The translations under genes and the position numbers were made by a program. From NCBI GenBank assembly GCA_013265495.1, contig MU057701.1:124001-188000 (forward strand): a stretch of 64,000 nucleotides of DNA, read 5' to 3'. Source of the DNA: Vicugna vicugna. Its lineage: Eukaryota. Shown piece by piece: positions 12,860 to 26,659 of this stretch (position 1 is its first letter; every line of letters starts with the position of its first letter). The notes beneath the pieces were generated by a model. That model ran no database searches, had not been told where the DNA came from, and saw only the letters and a program-made list of their open reading frames with translations.

Positions 12860-13600
12860 AAAGGTAGTTATAGAAGCTAACATTCATTGGGTGCTTATTG
12901 TGTGTGAAGTCTTGCATAAGCCTCCTGCTGTCTAATCCTTACGAGATACGCCTCACTGTCATGTCCAGGAATCAGGGTGGGCGGGAAGCACTGGCGTGGG
13001 GCTGTAACCATGGGCAGTGGACAGATTGGAGCTCGACCGCTCCGTGTGACCTTGGGTCACTTATTTTACCTCTTTGAGCCTCAGTTTCCTTAATTCTAAA
13101 GTGAAGGGGGGAGAGTTCCACATAGGGCTGGTGCAGTGATAAGATTAAAAGGGAGACAACAAACCTCATGCGACGTCAAGCAGCAACACGAGGTGCTCTG
13201 TACATGGTGGCCACTTGCTTTGTCTTCCTGGCCCTGTGGACACAGAACCCATCACCCTCTCCATGATGCCTGAGTGGGATTCTGCTGAATTCTGTGGCTG
13301 GGAAAGAAGGAGGCCAATGGGTCCTTATAGACCATCTCGTCAGTGACCCTGGCCCCAAAGCCACGGGCAAGTGTAAAGGGAGTGCGTACAATGACAGTAG
13401 CTCCTGCGCATATGTCCAACCCTGGGACATGCTCAGTGCTCCACTGGCCTTATCTAACTCAGGGAGGTCATGGTCATGAACCATATTTTATAGATGAAGA
13501 AACTGAGGCACAGAAAGTTCAGGTAACTTGCCTTTGGTCACCCAGCTCATAAATGGCGGAGCCAGGATTTGAACCCAAAGAGCCTGACATGCTTTCTGAG
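12860..13600. mobile_element. Cluster of MIR fragments in both orientations
   Basis: gtgaccttgggtcacttattttacctctttgagcctcagtttcc (+) and ttttatagatgaagaaactgaggcacag...ggatttgaaccca (-). Confidence 0.75.
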
Positions 13601-14391
13601 ACCCTTGGGATTTGTACAAGGAAAATGTAACCAAGTCGCTGGGCACAGGGTCCAACTCTTCCAAAATTCCCTTCTCCTTCCCTTCATTTAAAACCCAAAC
13701 GCTTCTCCAGACAGGGACCAGGGGATGTGAAGGACTCAGCTCAGGTGTCACCTCCTCCCAGATGTTCCCAGCTCCAGGCCCTTGTTTGTGCTTCTGCGGC
13801 ATCACCCCTCCCCACATCAGCTGACTTGCCCCCAGCACGGCCAGCATTTCTTTCTTCTCCCCTACCTCATAGGCCAGGGCTCCCCAGGGGGTGCTCACTG
13901 CCTGCTGTTGGACAGCATTCCCTCCCACTGGTCTCTGAAATCATTGCCCGGTGTTTCCTCTGCCCCTTGTGGATCTGCCCTGACCCACAGACCTTGTGTT
14001 TGCCGGTGCTGATCACGGCCCCCTGGCAGGGGTCAGTTACCAGGCATGAAAGGCGAGTTCTAGAGTCCTGTGCCTGGGTCTCAGGCTGCTCCAGGAGGCA
14101 GTGCATCGCCTGCTCCACAATGTGCACAATGTGCAAGACCTTAAAAACCCATCCCACCTGCGTCTCAGGGATGGCAGACGATGGGAAGTGTGGAAAGGGT
14201 GTGGCCAGCAGAGTGGAGTTCTCTTACACGAGGAGTAACTGCTGAAGTTTACTGAGCAATCACCTCACATTTAATCCCCTCCCAGCCCCTGGCAACCCCC
14301 CCCATAATTGCTTATATGCACACACTTTTGGTATATGCTCCTTAAATTGTGGTGAGTCTTATTTTTGATATAAATAGATGCAATCTGTAGA

Positions 14392-14865
14392 GATTTTATT
14401 GTGGTAAAATATATATATAACCAAAATCAACCATTTTAACCATCTTAAAATACAGAATTCAGTGGCATTTAGTACATTCAAATGTTGTGCAACTGTCACC
14501 ACTGTCTAGTTCCAGAATATTTTCGTCACCCCAAAAGGAAACCCACCCATTAAGCAGTCACTCCCCCTTCCCTCCTCCCCAAGTACCTGGCAACCACTTG
14601 TCTGCTTTCTTCCTCCATGCGTTTACCTGCTTGGGACATTATAAATGGGATCATACAATCGGTGGTCTGTTGTGTCTGGCTGCTTTCACTTAGCGTGGTA
14701 TGTTTAAGGTTCCTCCGTGTTGTAGAGTGTATCAGAGCTTCTTTCCTTTTCATGGCTGGATCTTATTCCATTGTGTGGATATACTGTATTTTGTTTATCC
14801 ATTCATCAGTTGATGGACATTTGTGTTATTTCCACCTTTTGGCTATTATGAATAATGCCGCTTCC
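14392..14865 (-). mobile_element. L1MB-type LINE-1 3' end
   Basis: ttttattgtggtaaaatata...cagtggcatttagtacattca...tttatccattcatcagttgatggacatttg...ttggctattatgaataatgc. Confidence 0.85.
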
Positions 14866-17699
14866 GTTGATCTGGGGGCATTGACTGCCCTCAAGGATGC
14901 GAAGAGAAGGACCCCAGGCTAGGGGCTCAGCAAACCTGGACTCGGTTCTCTGAGGGTGGGGGCCGGGCCTGGCGCCCCACCTCTGAGTCCCCAGCTCTGA
15001 GCACCGTCACAGGCACATGGTGGGTCAGGACCCCACTCAGCCTACTGCACCCTCAGCTGCCTCTGAAACTTTTCCACGGGAGGTTGCTCCAGATCTCCAG
15101 ACACCCCTAACCCCCTGCCTCATCCCACTCCCATAAGAAACTTCTAGAAGCTTGGGGTGGGGGCAGCTGCCGTGTGCCAGGAACTGTACCAAGCCCCACA
15201 TACACTGCTGTATTTCATTGTCTTGGCACCTCTACCAAGGGGTATTATCTCAGATGCCCAGATGAGAAGATGGAGGCCCTGCAGGGTTAACTAAAATGTC
15301 CAGCTGAGAGCACACAGTTGGAAAAACAGTTGATGCCAAAAAAGTTGGGGGGCTGGAGGGCCAAGGCCAGAGCTGGGCTTTAAGAGTAGGTTATGGCAGT
15401 GCCAGGTGTGAACTGGGCTCTGTGCATGAGTTGCCCACAAATTCAGACTAAAGTGTTACTGGCTGATAATGCTATTTGTACCACTTGGATTTCAGCTCAG
15501 CTTTGAAGGTATTTGAGCCCAAGGCAGGTAGGAATTTTTATGTCTGCAGGGTGCCTTCCCCAGGCAGACCCCAGAACAGAGCCCTGGACTCCCTAGTGTA
15601 ATCCCCAGGACTCAGGGTCGGGGGCCCCTGGAGCCGATCCAGGCTGGGTTGGCCCTTTCCCAGGGTGGGAACGGCAGAGGCGGGAGGCCTGCGGCAGTTT
15701 TTCTGCTGCCTCCTAAGTGCAGGCGGGCCCCTCCTGCCTCCCTCCCTTGGCTGACCTCACCCCCCTCCGCCTGTGCCCAGTGTGGGTCCCTGGGCCCCTC
15801 GGACGATGCGTGTTCCTCATCTTTTCCACAACAACACATTCATCAGGAGGGAGACAGACATTCCAATCCGGAGGGAATAGAGAGGGAGTGGAGGAAATCA
15901 ATAAGGAAGAATGATGTCTCTATATTGTGCCTCCTGTGCTTCATTTCCCTCTGCGGAGGCAGGATGGAAAAAATGTTGGTTGCGGTTTTGATATTAATTG
16001 ATCTTGAAGCTTGGTGAACCCAGTGGTGCTCCCTTAATGGCCAGCTATCGCCTGCTGGCACTGGGGTTGACAACAAGTTCTCAATCAATGTGCACGGGCC
16101 ATGCATTTATCTGACTGGGGTGTCCTGGCTCCTCTCTGCTCGTGATGCTGGGACCTTCTCAGCAGGGTCTGTACACAGGTCACCATCTGGGTGGGCTGAT
16201 GAGGGAGGGGGTCATATAAACAGAAGCAGGACCACTACCACAGCCCCGAGCCCACCTTTCCTGCAGATATAAGCCCATAGCTTAATGGACAACTGATTTC
16301 TGTCTGCAAATGCCCAAGTCACATGGAGCTCAGCAGGCCGTTAACAGGGTCCTCAGGCACCTTACCCTAGTCAATTTCAGTTCAAGGCTGAAGAGCAAGG
16401 GTGGAGGTGGGGCTGCCCGGGGGATCTGGAGCAATGTCCTGTAAAAAGGTTTCAGAGAGGTAGCTGAGGGTACAGAAGGCTGAGTGGGGTGGATGGGGTG
16501 AACACAGGTAGAGGCCTGGACCTCAGAAGACACAAGTTCAGGTCCTGCCCTAGCCTCCCTGGGCAGGACACCTGTCTCAGCCGTGGTTTTCTCACTTGCA
16601 GAATGGATCCTGCCATCCGTAACAGCATCGTCCCAGGCTCGATGGAAGTATCTAATGAGGTCACAAATCCGTATGAAAGCATTTAGTAAAACATCTTTAG
16701 TGCCAGGGTCAGGTCAATGCAGTCAATCAGTCAATCAACAAACACTCCTGCCCCATGGCTTCTTCCTCTTTGCCTGATGACTCACCCATTTGTTTTCCAA
16801 GCTCCCAAGTGTGTGACCTTTATGGGGTTGGATGGTCAGAAGATACAGTTGAGATCACTGGGAAGGTCTAGCAATTAAATACTTTAGAAAGGAGATGAAG
16901 AAGAAGAATTAAAACCCCTTAATCCTCCAAAGGGTGGATCTCAGCATAGCTCCTAGCCAGCCAGGCCAGGAGCTGAGTTCAGTAAATCATAAGCAAACCA
17001 ACAGAGGTGCAAAAACAAGTTGATGGTCAGCCAGCCTCCAGCCGCTCATCCCCTAAGCGCAAGCTACAAGTGCGCACTGCCCACAGGTCTGCAGTTCTGT
17101 CCTCAGCTCTCCCTTTCTGGTGTGTGCTACTTGCTTCACCCCTTCCTGGGTCTCTCCTGGGCAGTCCCATCCCCATCCCTGCTCTGCAGCCTTGGACTGG
17201 AATTGACTGGGGTAAGTTGCCCAAGGACCCCATGAGTGGCCTGCTGAGCTTTTGGGAATTTGCGGACAGAGGTCAGTTGTCCATTAAGCTATAGGAGCAC
17301 TCCACTGAGCCATGTATATGGGACATAGTTAAATAATGAAAACAAAAATAGAACATTGCAAAAGCCTGGGGCTGGCTGGCTGATGCCCCAGGAAGAAGCA
17401 GGAAGACTGTCTCAGGGAGGGCGTGGGGGGAATTCACTGTCAGCCTTCCTATGTCATGAAGCTGCTCTGGTTTAAAATACATTTTTTTTCTTTATATATA
17501 GGTCATCTTTTGTTAACCTTTAAATGAAAGTTTATATGCACACATACCCGCACACCTCAATCGGAAAAATAATTTGTGCCTGTTTTAGCACGGTGTGAAA
17601 TTCAGAGAAGAAGAAGAGACAGTCTTCCCTCCTCTTCCTGACTCCATAGTGCTGGCTGGTGGGGGGGTTGGAGCTCTTTGGTACCACTCCTAGGAAAAA

Positions 17700-20200
17700 A
17701 GGGGTGATGAAAAGTAGGTACTGAGTTAGAGAATTCCAGTTTTGACAACAGAGCAGGCTCAGCTAACATATACCCATCCAACTGCCAGCACTTAGGAAGA
17801 TTTTTAAATACATAGTTGCCTCAAAAGAAAGATGGAAATCTTCAAGGAACTCAGACTCCAAGCCTCGAACATATAAGCTGACACCAAGAGAGACGGGGTG
17901 TGTTGGACCCAGATAAGGTCATAGTAGCTAAATCTAAAGTCTTAATGCCCACCCGGGAACAGGAAGATGTGACCTTGGGCCCTGACAAGGCCAAAAGTTG
18001 CCCCTAGGACCACTCCATGAAAAAGGCCCAAGAAAGCTGCCAGGATGTTAACTCTGTCCAGATGCTCCAGGCAGGGGAGAAAACTCTTTCCTTGAAGAAA
18101 TCTAAGGGCAAAGAGAGAGCTACCCATAGATACAAAGTTGAAATTTATAACACCCTCAAAGGGGAGAAATCCTCAACTAAAATTTACTGTAAAAATAGGT
18201 CCTGGACTGATAGAATCCCTAACTCACCCAGCTGAATCAGATTCAAAACTGCCTTCCAGGGCTTGTCCAGGCCCAGAGTACATAGGATTCCCACGAAGGG
18301 AAAAAAAAGCCCTGCTGAAGATGAGCTCACAATAAAAACTACAAACCACTGAGGACATGGTTTACCCAGGGAAGTTAGCACAGACAGCAAATGGGGACAT
18401 TAGCACCTCAGTTGTGGAACTTGAACTTGATTGTAGAGCCAGACGAAAAAGTCTGTAAGTCCAATGTGTTTAAAATAACCAAGGAGATACCACCACTGAT
18501 CTGCTTTCTATTCCTACAGTTTTGCCTTTTCTACAATTTCACATAAAGGGAATCGTACAGTACGTATCTGCAGCTGGATTCTTTCACCTAGTGTAACGCA
18601 TTTGAGGTTCATCCACGTCGTATGTGTCAGTAGTTCATTTGTTTTTATTGCTGAGTAGCATTGTGATATGTGAATACACCATGATTTGTTTATCCATTCA
18701 CCAGTTATGGACAGTGGGTTGATTCTCGTTTAGGGCTATCACGAATAAATCTCCTAGGAATATTCAGTGGAAGTCTTTATGTGACCATAATTTTCATTTC
18801 TCTTGCAGTCCCACGGAGGAGTAGAATTGCTGGGTTGTGTGGCAAGGGCATGTTTACCTTTATAAGAACGTCTAACATAGCGGTACCATTTTGCATTCCC
18901 ACCAGCAATGCGTAAGATCTCCAGCTGCTCCAAATCTTTGTCAGCACTTAGCATTGTCTCTCTTTTTAATTTTAGCCTCAAAATAGTATGTGTGTAATGG
19001 TTTATTGTGTTTTTAAACTAAACAGAACTTTGGGAAAAAAGTATAGGTCACTTATGAATAGAAATACTAATGTCATAAATATAGTGTTAACAAACTATAT
19101 ATGAAAATAAATATATTATACACACCCACATATATATACAAATACACAATATATCACAGCAAAAACAAGATTTACACCAGTAATGCAAGAACAATTTAAC
19201 ATTAGGAAATCTATTCACATAGCTTACCTCATTAACAGACTAAGGGAGGAAAATAAACATGTTGTGTCAAAAAATGTAGAAAAGATAATAAAAGAAACAG
19301 AAAAACAAGTTCATCCTTAATCCTGCTATCAAAGCAACGACTACAAATATTTTTATATTTGTCATCCCACATGCTAACAGATTTTTGTTTTTACAATTCA
19401 GCAAGCTGTCAATATTTTGTACCCTACTTTTTTTTTTTATCATTTAACATTTTCCACCAATGACTACATAATCGTAGATGGAGTGGAGAAACCATAGTTC
19501 ATACAAACCTTCTCTTTCAGAAAAGCATTTTTGTGGTTTTGAGGATTTTGCTATTACAGACAACAGTGAATACACATCTTTGTGTATTTTTGTACTTACA
19601 TTTATATCTGTTTCCTTAGAGGCAGTTTCCAAAAGTAGAATTGTTGGGACCAAGAGAAATGAAATGGTTAACACCCAATGCACGTTGCCAGACTGGTTTC
19701 CAAAAAGGTACACTACTTAATTCTCTTACCAGCAGAGCCTGAAAGATGTTGTTTCAGAGGTGAGGTGGTTTTTTTCTTTCTAATTAAACTTTTATTTTTT
19801 AGGTAAATTGTGGATTTACATGCAGTTGTCAGAAATCATACAAAGAGAGCCCATGTACCCTTTGCTCAGTTTCCCCCAATGGTAACATCTTGCAAAAGTG
19901 TAGCACAACCAGGGTATTGTCAAGGATGCAGTCAAGAGGCAGAATATTCCACGTCTCAAGGTTCCCTCCTGTTACTTTTATCACGTCGCAAGGTTCCCTC
20001 CTGTTACTTTTATAGCCACACTAACCACCTCCCCTCTCCGGTCCCTGATTCCCACAGCCACTAATCTATTCTCCATTTCTCTATTTCAGTCATTTCAAGA
20101 ATGTTATACAGATGGAATCACGAGGTGAAGTTTAAGGAAAATTATTATCAAAAAACAGATGTAACAAAGTTACAAATAGAAGAACTATAAAAAATACATT
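17700..20200. mobile_element. Nested, degraded old L1 (L1M) fragments in both orientations
   Basis: Antisense 3' ends at about 18490-18980 and 19780-20120. Sense ORF2-like remnant gtaatgcaaga...aacattaggaaatctatt...attaacagactaaggg at about 19160-19290. AT-rich throughout. Confidence 0.7.
19950..20013. repeat. 32-bp tandem duplication (2 copies, 1 mismatch)
   Basis: cacgtc(t/g)caaggttccctcctgttacttttat at 19950-19981 and 19982-20013. Confidence 0.95.
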
Positions 20201-20219
20201 TTGACTTAGTCTCTAGACT

Positions 20220-20525
20220 AGGACTGTCCAACAGAAATATAATGTGAACCACATCATACAATTTAAAATTCTCTAAAGCTACATTAAAAATATATATAAA
20301 GACATAGGTAAAAGGAATATATTTTTAGTTCAGTATACCATTTCAATATGTAACTGATACTTTTAGAAAATCATTAATGAGATACTTTACATGCTTTCCT
20401 CACATGACGTCTTAGAAACCCTGTGTGTGTTTGTACTCACAGCACGTCTGAACTCAGACTGGCCACGTGTCCAGCACTCAGGAGCCGCATGTGGCTAGTG
20501 GCCGCCATATCAGCTAGTCCAGACT
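20220..20525. mobile_element. MER33/MER3-like hAT-Charlie element
   Basis: ctgtccaacagaaatataatgtgaaccaca...ctggccacgtgtccagcactcaggagccgcatgtggctagtggc. Confidence 0.8.
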
Positions 20526-20592
20526 GTACTGAAATCCAGCCGTGAATGTGGGGTCTGCAGATCTCCAGGCTTGTGAGGGTCCCCATGCTGGT

Positions 20593-20777
20593 TAGTGGCT
20601 CTCAACCTTGGTTGCATGTTGGAATTTAAAAAGTAACACGAACGCCCCACCCCTTCCCCCCCTTCCCCCGCCACCAGAGGGTTGGAAGTAATTGGTCTTG
20701 GAAGCAACCCGGAAGTATTGGGGGTTCTTTAAAACTTCCCTAGTTTTCTGATGGGCAGCAGGGGTTGGCCCACTGGT
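20593..20777. mobile_element. MER5A-like hAT-Charlie element
   Basis: tagtggctctcaaccttggttgcatgttggaat...aaaacttccctag...cccactg. Confidence 0.7.
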
Positions 20778-22779
20778 ACAAAGGCCTGGGGTTGCATCCT
20801 GTCCCATCCTGTCGGGAATCTGGGGGAGGTCCTGGGGACACCACTCCCTTTCCTCCTCTCAGTCCTCGACCTGACCTCTTGGAGAGCAGGCACTTTCCGA
20901 TCTAGCGGTTCTGGGGGTTTCTGTGCTTCCGGCCCTGCAAAATCCCACCCCGATCTCTGCCTTGTTCAGTCACCCAGGCTGGTTTTAAACTGAGCTGCAC
21001 GCAAGTTTCCTCCCCCCACCTGCCCTGGCTCATTACCCTGAGTGTTTTCCGCCCTGGGGTCAGCCCCCTCAGTGGGCAGCCTTGCTTCCTCTCTGGATCA
21101 AGGGATGAAGATGAGCATTTGCTGAGAGCCCGTGACCTACTTTACGTCGTGGAATCCTCACCGCTGCTCTGTAAGGAAACAGTCATCCCTGTATTATTGA
21201 TGAGGCTCTGAGAGACCCCGGCTCTTGCAGCAGAGGCAGGACAAAAAGCCAGACCAGCCAGCCTGGGCGTGCGGGCCGGCTTGATGGGGTTATGAGTGGG
21301 ACAGCCGGGCTCAAGCCAGTCCTGCATCTTGCTTCTTTTTCCAGACCAGTGCCTTTCCATGTCCAGTGGCCCGTGAGCTGGTGTCCCTGGCTGAGAAGCA
21401 TACAGAGCAGCGAACCCTGCCTCCCCTGCTTGCCATCAGCCATCTCCTGGGGGTGGGGGCACGGCAAATGGTGAAACCCCTTCTTCTTGGCCCTGGTTCC
21501 CTTCCCAGGCCTTCATTTCTGTCATCCAGTCAGGAAATATTCAAGCCTCTTTAAACCACTGTCAGCACCTTGCTCTCAGCTCTTGAGAGTCACAAGTCAT
21601 GTGCGGGACACACACTTGTGGGGTCGATGCCAGGATCCTCCAGGGGCGTCCGGGCTACCATCCAGGGCCGAGGCAGCGCACTCAGAACCAGGCCCCTGGG
21701 GAGCTCGGGTTGGCTCAGACATTGTTCATCATAAGTCCTGCAGGTGGGCGGAGGAGGAAGCAGAACGCCTCATGTGGAGAATGAGCTCCTCAGTGAAACG
21801 CATCTCGCTGTTCTGTGCTTTCCTCTCCTTGCCCATTTGCTCAAGGTGCTCACCCTCCAGCGGCTGGCACGGCAGCTCCCTTTCGCACTAACGTTGGGAG
21901 GGCTGGAGTGCTGGGCTCGTGGGTGTTGTTCCTGGACCCACAGCAGCCTGTCCAGCTCTCTGTCTGTCTCAGGGCCTGGGACTCAAGGCAGTAGGGCTGG
22001 GGTATCTGGGAGAAGGATGGGGACACGGGGTGGCGGAGAGAGGGGAGGCTTGGGCGCGTGCGCTCCATATCACTAGCATCTCGAGTTACGGTAAAATGTG
22101 CTGAAGAGAGGAAAACGGTGCTGGCAGGAGGTATTTATAGAAGCACATCCTGGTGCTTTGTCACATGGCCAGGCCACGGTAATCGCCCTGCGAGGGTCCC
22201 CCTGCGCCAGCCTTTCTCTCCTGAGGGGCACACCCGCTGCGGGGCTCCGAGCTGGCTGCTGAGTGTGGTCCAGGTAGCTTCTCCAACGCCAGACTGCTTT
22301 TCCTCCCCATGCTTCCCCAACCCTCTTTCCTCCCTTCTCCCAGAAGGAGGAATCAGCAGAAAAAGCAATGTCTTTCTTGAAACATAAATACTGATTCTAA
22401 GCGTGGACGGGTTGGGTGTAACCAGGAATAACTCGGTTGGCGGGTCCGGCAGGACACGCTCAGTTGCTTCCTTTTCTTTTTCCTCTTTCTCTTCCCTCTC
22501 CTGGCCTCCTCCTCCTCCCCTCCTCCTCCATAATCACTATTTTATTAGGAAGATATCTGGTTCGTCCATCCACCTAAGTGATGCAAAGGCCAAGGAGAAA
22601 AAGACTTGAAATTCTGAGCCCTTTTATCTTGGGCAAGAGGCTAATAATGTTGAGGAAAAAACAGAATGACATTTCCATTTGACAGCCAGGAATCTGGACT
22701 TTTTGGAAGAGAGAGTTTCCAACGTGGTGAGCTAAGCAAACTTCCCTGAGCAGCCCACCAGGCTGAGAGATGGAGGAGA

Positions 22780-23140
22780 GGCGGTTTAGCATAGCGGGTA
22801 ACAGGGCCGGATTGCGGCGTTCAGATCCCAGCTCTCTCACTTTCTAACTGGATGAACTTAGACCGATGGCTGAACCACCAAGCCCGTCATGGGATAATGA
22901 CCGCGGTTAAGATGAACTATGTGCGCTCACTCTGCACCAGGCTGGAGCCCCTGTTTTAAGCTGGTTACATGTGTTCGCTCGTTAAGTCCTCATAACCGTA
23001 TGAAGAAGTTACTAGTATTAAATATCCCCGTCTTAATAACAGTGCCTGCTGCAAGGGTTGTTGTGAGGATTAAGTGAAGTCACGTGTGTAAATTGCTATG
23101 CGCTGCGTCTGGCACATTCCCTGGGTCCAATAACCGTCAG
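22780..23140. mobile_element. MIR fragments
   Basis: agcatagcgggtaa...gttcagatcccagctctctcactttctaactg; gggttgttgtgaggattaagtga. Confidence 0.7.
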
Positions 23141-24899
23141 CCCGCAGGAATCGGGGAGGCAAGAGTGTCCATTAGGTGAAGGAAGCAGCAGATTGAGAAG
23201 CAGGATGCTGAGAGAGGAGAAAACCCTGGGTCAGCTCTCTCCGCGGGCTTCTGCAGCCTGGGTCTGTTGGATGGCCAGTGTCACCAAAATTAGATCAAGT
23301 CGGAACATTTTTCCTGTCTACACATATTAAGACACAGGGAACAAAATTGTTTTTCATTTCTTGCCAGCTTTTATCGCACCCGGCAGCCGGGTGGAGGCGG
23401 CCGCACGAGCGGGCTTCTAATTGCCAACAATTAAGACTTCACGCCACTGAATTATGTAGTTTGCAACCCCTATCGCCCCTCTGTTTAAGTGGAATCTAAA
23501 GGAAAAAGGAAGCATGCAACCCTCCCTACCTTTTCTAAAGGGGATTTTTGGTTTCCACAAATGCTGCAAGATAATAAATCTATTTCTGTTGGGGTGAAAG
23601 TTGAGGGGGGTGGTTCCTTTCACTGTGGGATTGGCTTTAGGGCTGGACAGGACATCTGCTGGTGGGCTGGTGCGTCTCCTCTGCTGCTGCGGTCCCTGAA
23701 GTGCGAAGCAGCCAGGGTGTGACTTGGGCGGAGGGGAGGGTTCATGGCTGGCGGCAGAACAGAAGCCCCCAGGTACAGACAGGCTTGCTCAAGAACCTAC
23801 GTCTGTGTTGTTGAAGGGAGGAGGCAGAATTTTTTTAAATGTATCGATGAAACGGAAGACAGGGCTGGTCTCCATCGCTGCATGGGGGAGAAAGGCACAG
23901 AGTCTGTACTCAGAGGCCTGACACACCCAGGTTTGAATCTCTGTTGCTTAGGAACTGGGTGACCACCACGTCTTCAGCCTCGGATTCCTCGATGTAAGAA
24001 AAGAATAATAATGAGACTTAGCGAGGCAGGCATCAGAAGATTAGGGATGCTCAGAGGGCAGCAACTGTCATCCTTCTTCTCACATCACCACCACTGTTTG
24101 TCCTGTTCTAACGCCCGTATTCTGTGAGTCTTCAGTAAATGTTTGTGCCCGGCATGGATTCGTAATGCAGGCACGTGAAACAAAAATAACGGTCTCCGTT
24201 ATCTGCAAGCTCCTAAGCCAGCCGCGAGCAGGAGCACCCCCCACACCCCTCCCTTATCAAGTGCTTCCCGTCTCAGCGCATTAACATGTATCAGTTCACT
24301 AGTACCCAAAGCCACCCTTTGAGAAAGCATTACTGCAGTCCCATTCTACAGATGAGGAGGCTCCACGTGAAGTAGAGTCTTCACTTGAATCATTTAATGA
24401 AATCCTGAGACAGCTTGCTAAACTGGGTGCCTCTCCAGCCAGAAGCTGAATCTGAAATCATCTGATTCATTGAGCCATGGAAGGGATGGATGGCTGGGAA
24501 ATAAAGAATAGAGGAAAAGGAACTCCTGTCCTAACCCAGGTGCCCCGGATGGGCTCAGCTGATGGGCAGAGACGCAGAGCCACTGAGGGGTACAGACACC
24601 CTGACTTAGAGCTGGGCTTTCAAAGAGGAGAATGGACTGCTCGCCCTCTGCACCCCTGCTGGTCCCCTTGCCAGTGCAGGCTCAACCCCGCTCAGCCCTA
24701 GAGTGATAGTACAGAAGCCTTAGTCTTGAAAAGCAGGTTGGTGCAGAAGCACAGCCATCAGGGTTGAGCTGAGCCCAGGTTCCAAAGCTTCCTTTATTCT
24801 CAGCAGAGATAGGGGAGGGTCTCCTTCTATCCAGGACAGTCTGGACTTCTCTGCGTCCACACAGGCGAACTGATGTTGGACCTTAAGTAGCAGGGGTGA

Positions 24900-25300
24900 A
24901 AATGCCTTTGAAATCTTTCCAGCAAGTCTGGACAATACTTCCAAGAGTGCTAAGGCATTTCATACCCTTTAACCCAGAAATTCCACATGCAGAAACTTAT
25001 CCTGTGAAAATACTTGCCGATGTCCACAAATATTAGCTATACAGATGCTTATGCACCATTGTTTACAATAGGGAAATTTGTGTAAACAGCCTAGCCATTC
25101 CATGGTAGGGAAGTGGTCATATCAGTTTTGGTATATCCAAATCAAAGAATGTATATTCTGTAGCTACTAATACAGAAAATATTGACGATATTAAGTAAAA
25201 TAAAATCAGGTTATATTGTGGTGTGTGCAGTATGGCCACATTTGTTTCAACACGTAGAAGAATTCTGCAGAGATTATAATACCAATGATATGGTTACCAT
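24900..25300 (+). mobile_element. L1ME-like 3' fragment
   Basis: cataccctttaacccagaaattccac...tatccaaatcaaagaat. Confidence 0.6.
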
Positions 25301-26659
25301 TATCACTACTTAATTAGCATTCCGTGTTCTCCCACTTGACTTGGTACCTGTGGCCACGCCTTTGGAGAAACGTTGCGGGTCCTTTAAGAGGCCCCTTGAA
25401 CCTTAATAAAGTGTTGGCCACAGTCTCTCCAGCTGCTTCTTTTTCAGGAAGAGCAGTGACCTTTGGTGAGTGGTCATGATGCCTCTTTGTCCTCTATGGA
25501 AACCGGCCCGTCAGTAACCCCCTGGCAAACCAAGGGCCAGAGGAGTCTGCTTAGACACTGACCTTCACTCCAGGAGGTTCGGATGCGCAGCTCTGCAGCC
25601 TCAGCTCTATAGCCTGGACTCCTGGTGGATGGGCTGGCTGTGGCTTCTTGGGGCAGGGAGTGCTTGAAACGCAAGACTCCTTGGGTCTCGCTTTTGTCAA
25701 AGGCCAGTGAATCTTTGCCTGGCGATGTTCACATTCTCCAAAGGGCCTCAGCAATGTGGTGGAGAGAGAGCTTGGTGGGGCCAGTATGGAAAACAGGCCA
25801 TTCACCCACCCCCGGCCAGCAGCTTCATGACCACTTGGTGGAGGACAAGGATCCCAAATTGGGAGAGTGGAATAGTGATGATGCCTGGAGGTCTCCAGGC
25901 TTCAGGTGACGCACTCCCTTCTGGTGCTGAGCCTCTGTTGTGTCGGACACTTCATAAGCACTTGATACATGTTTGATAATACTATATTTAACATCTATGT
26001 TAACGGAGATGGCTCTGTGCCCCCTACGAAGACATCCTTTACATCATTATGCAGAGCAATTTTGCTCCTCAAATCTCTCCATTCCAAAAGCCTTCGTTGG
26101 TTTGGAGATGAAAAAGGAGACAGGGGGGCTGAAAATTGGCCGGGAGCAGGGGGAATTAGGAACATTTTGCAGGGACCAACTGCCATGATGAGAAACTCTG
26201 GGCCTTTTTGCCCCTTTTCAGAAACAGATTTACCCTATTGAATCCACTGTGTTTTTCACTGCTCTTTGGGAGTCAAGTGGTGCTACCTTCTGGTTGCAGC
26301 ATTGTGCTGAGATGGCATGAGTTGGCCCAGCCTTATTCGATTACACTTTTATAAATCCTCACACTAACCCTTATAAAGCTATCCCTGTTTTGCAGAGGAA
26401 GAGACTGAGGTTCAGAGTGATCACATGACATGTCCAGGATGTGAAAGGGAGAGCCAGCATTCCAACTCAGATTCGCCTGATCCCAAACTGTGTGCCATTC
26501 ACTCCCTGACAGAGCTGTCCATTCCAAGGACTGAACTGTGACCCTCAGGCCCCCCACTATAAATTACATTCTGGCCAGTCACACCTGGGGTTTATATTGT
26601 ACTTAGGCAGTGAGAAGGAGTTGCTAATAAATGAGTAATGACATTATTTTGATAACTTC

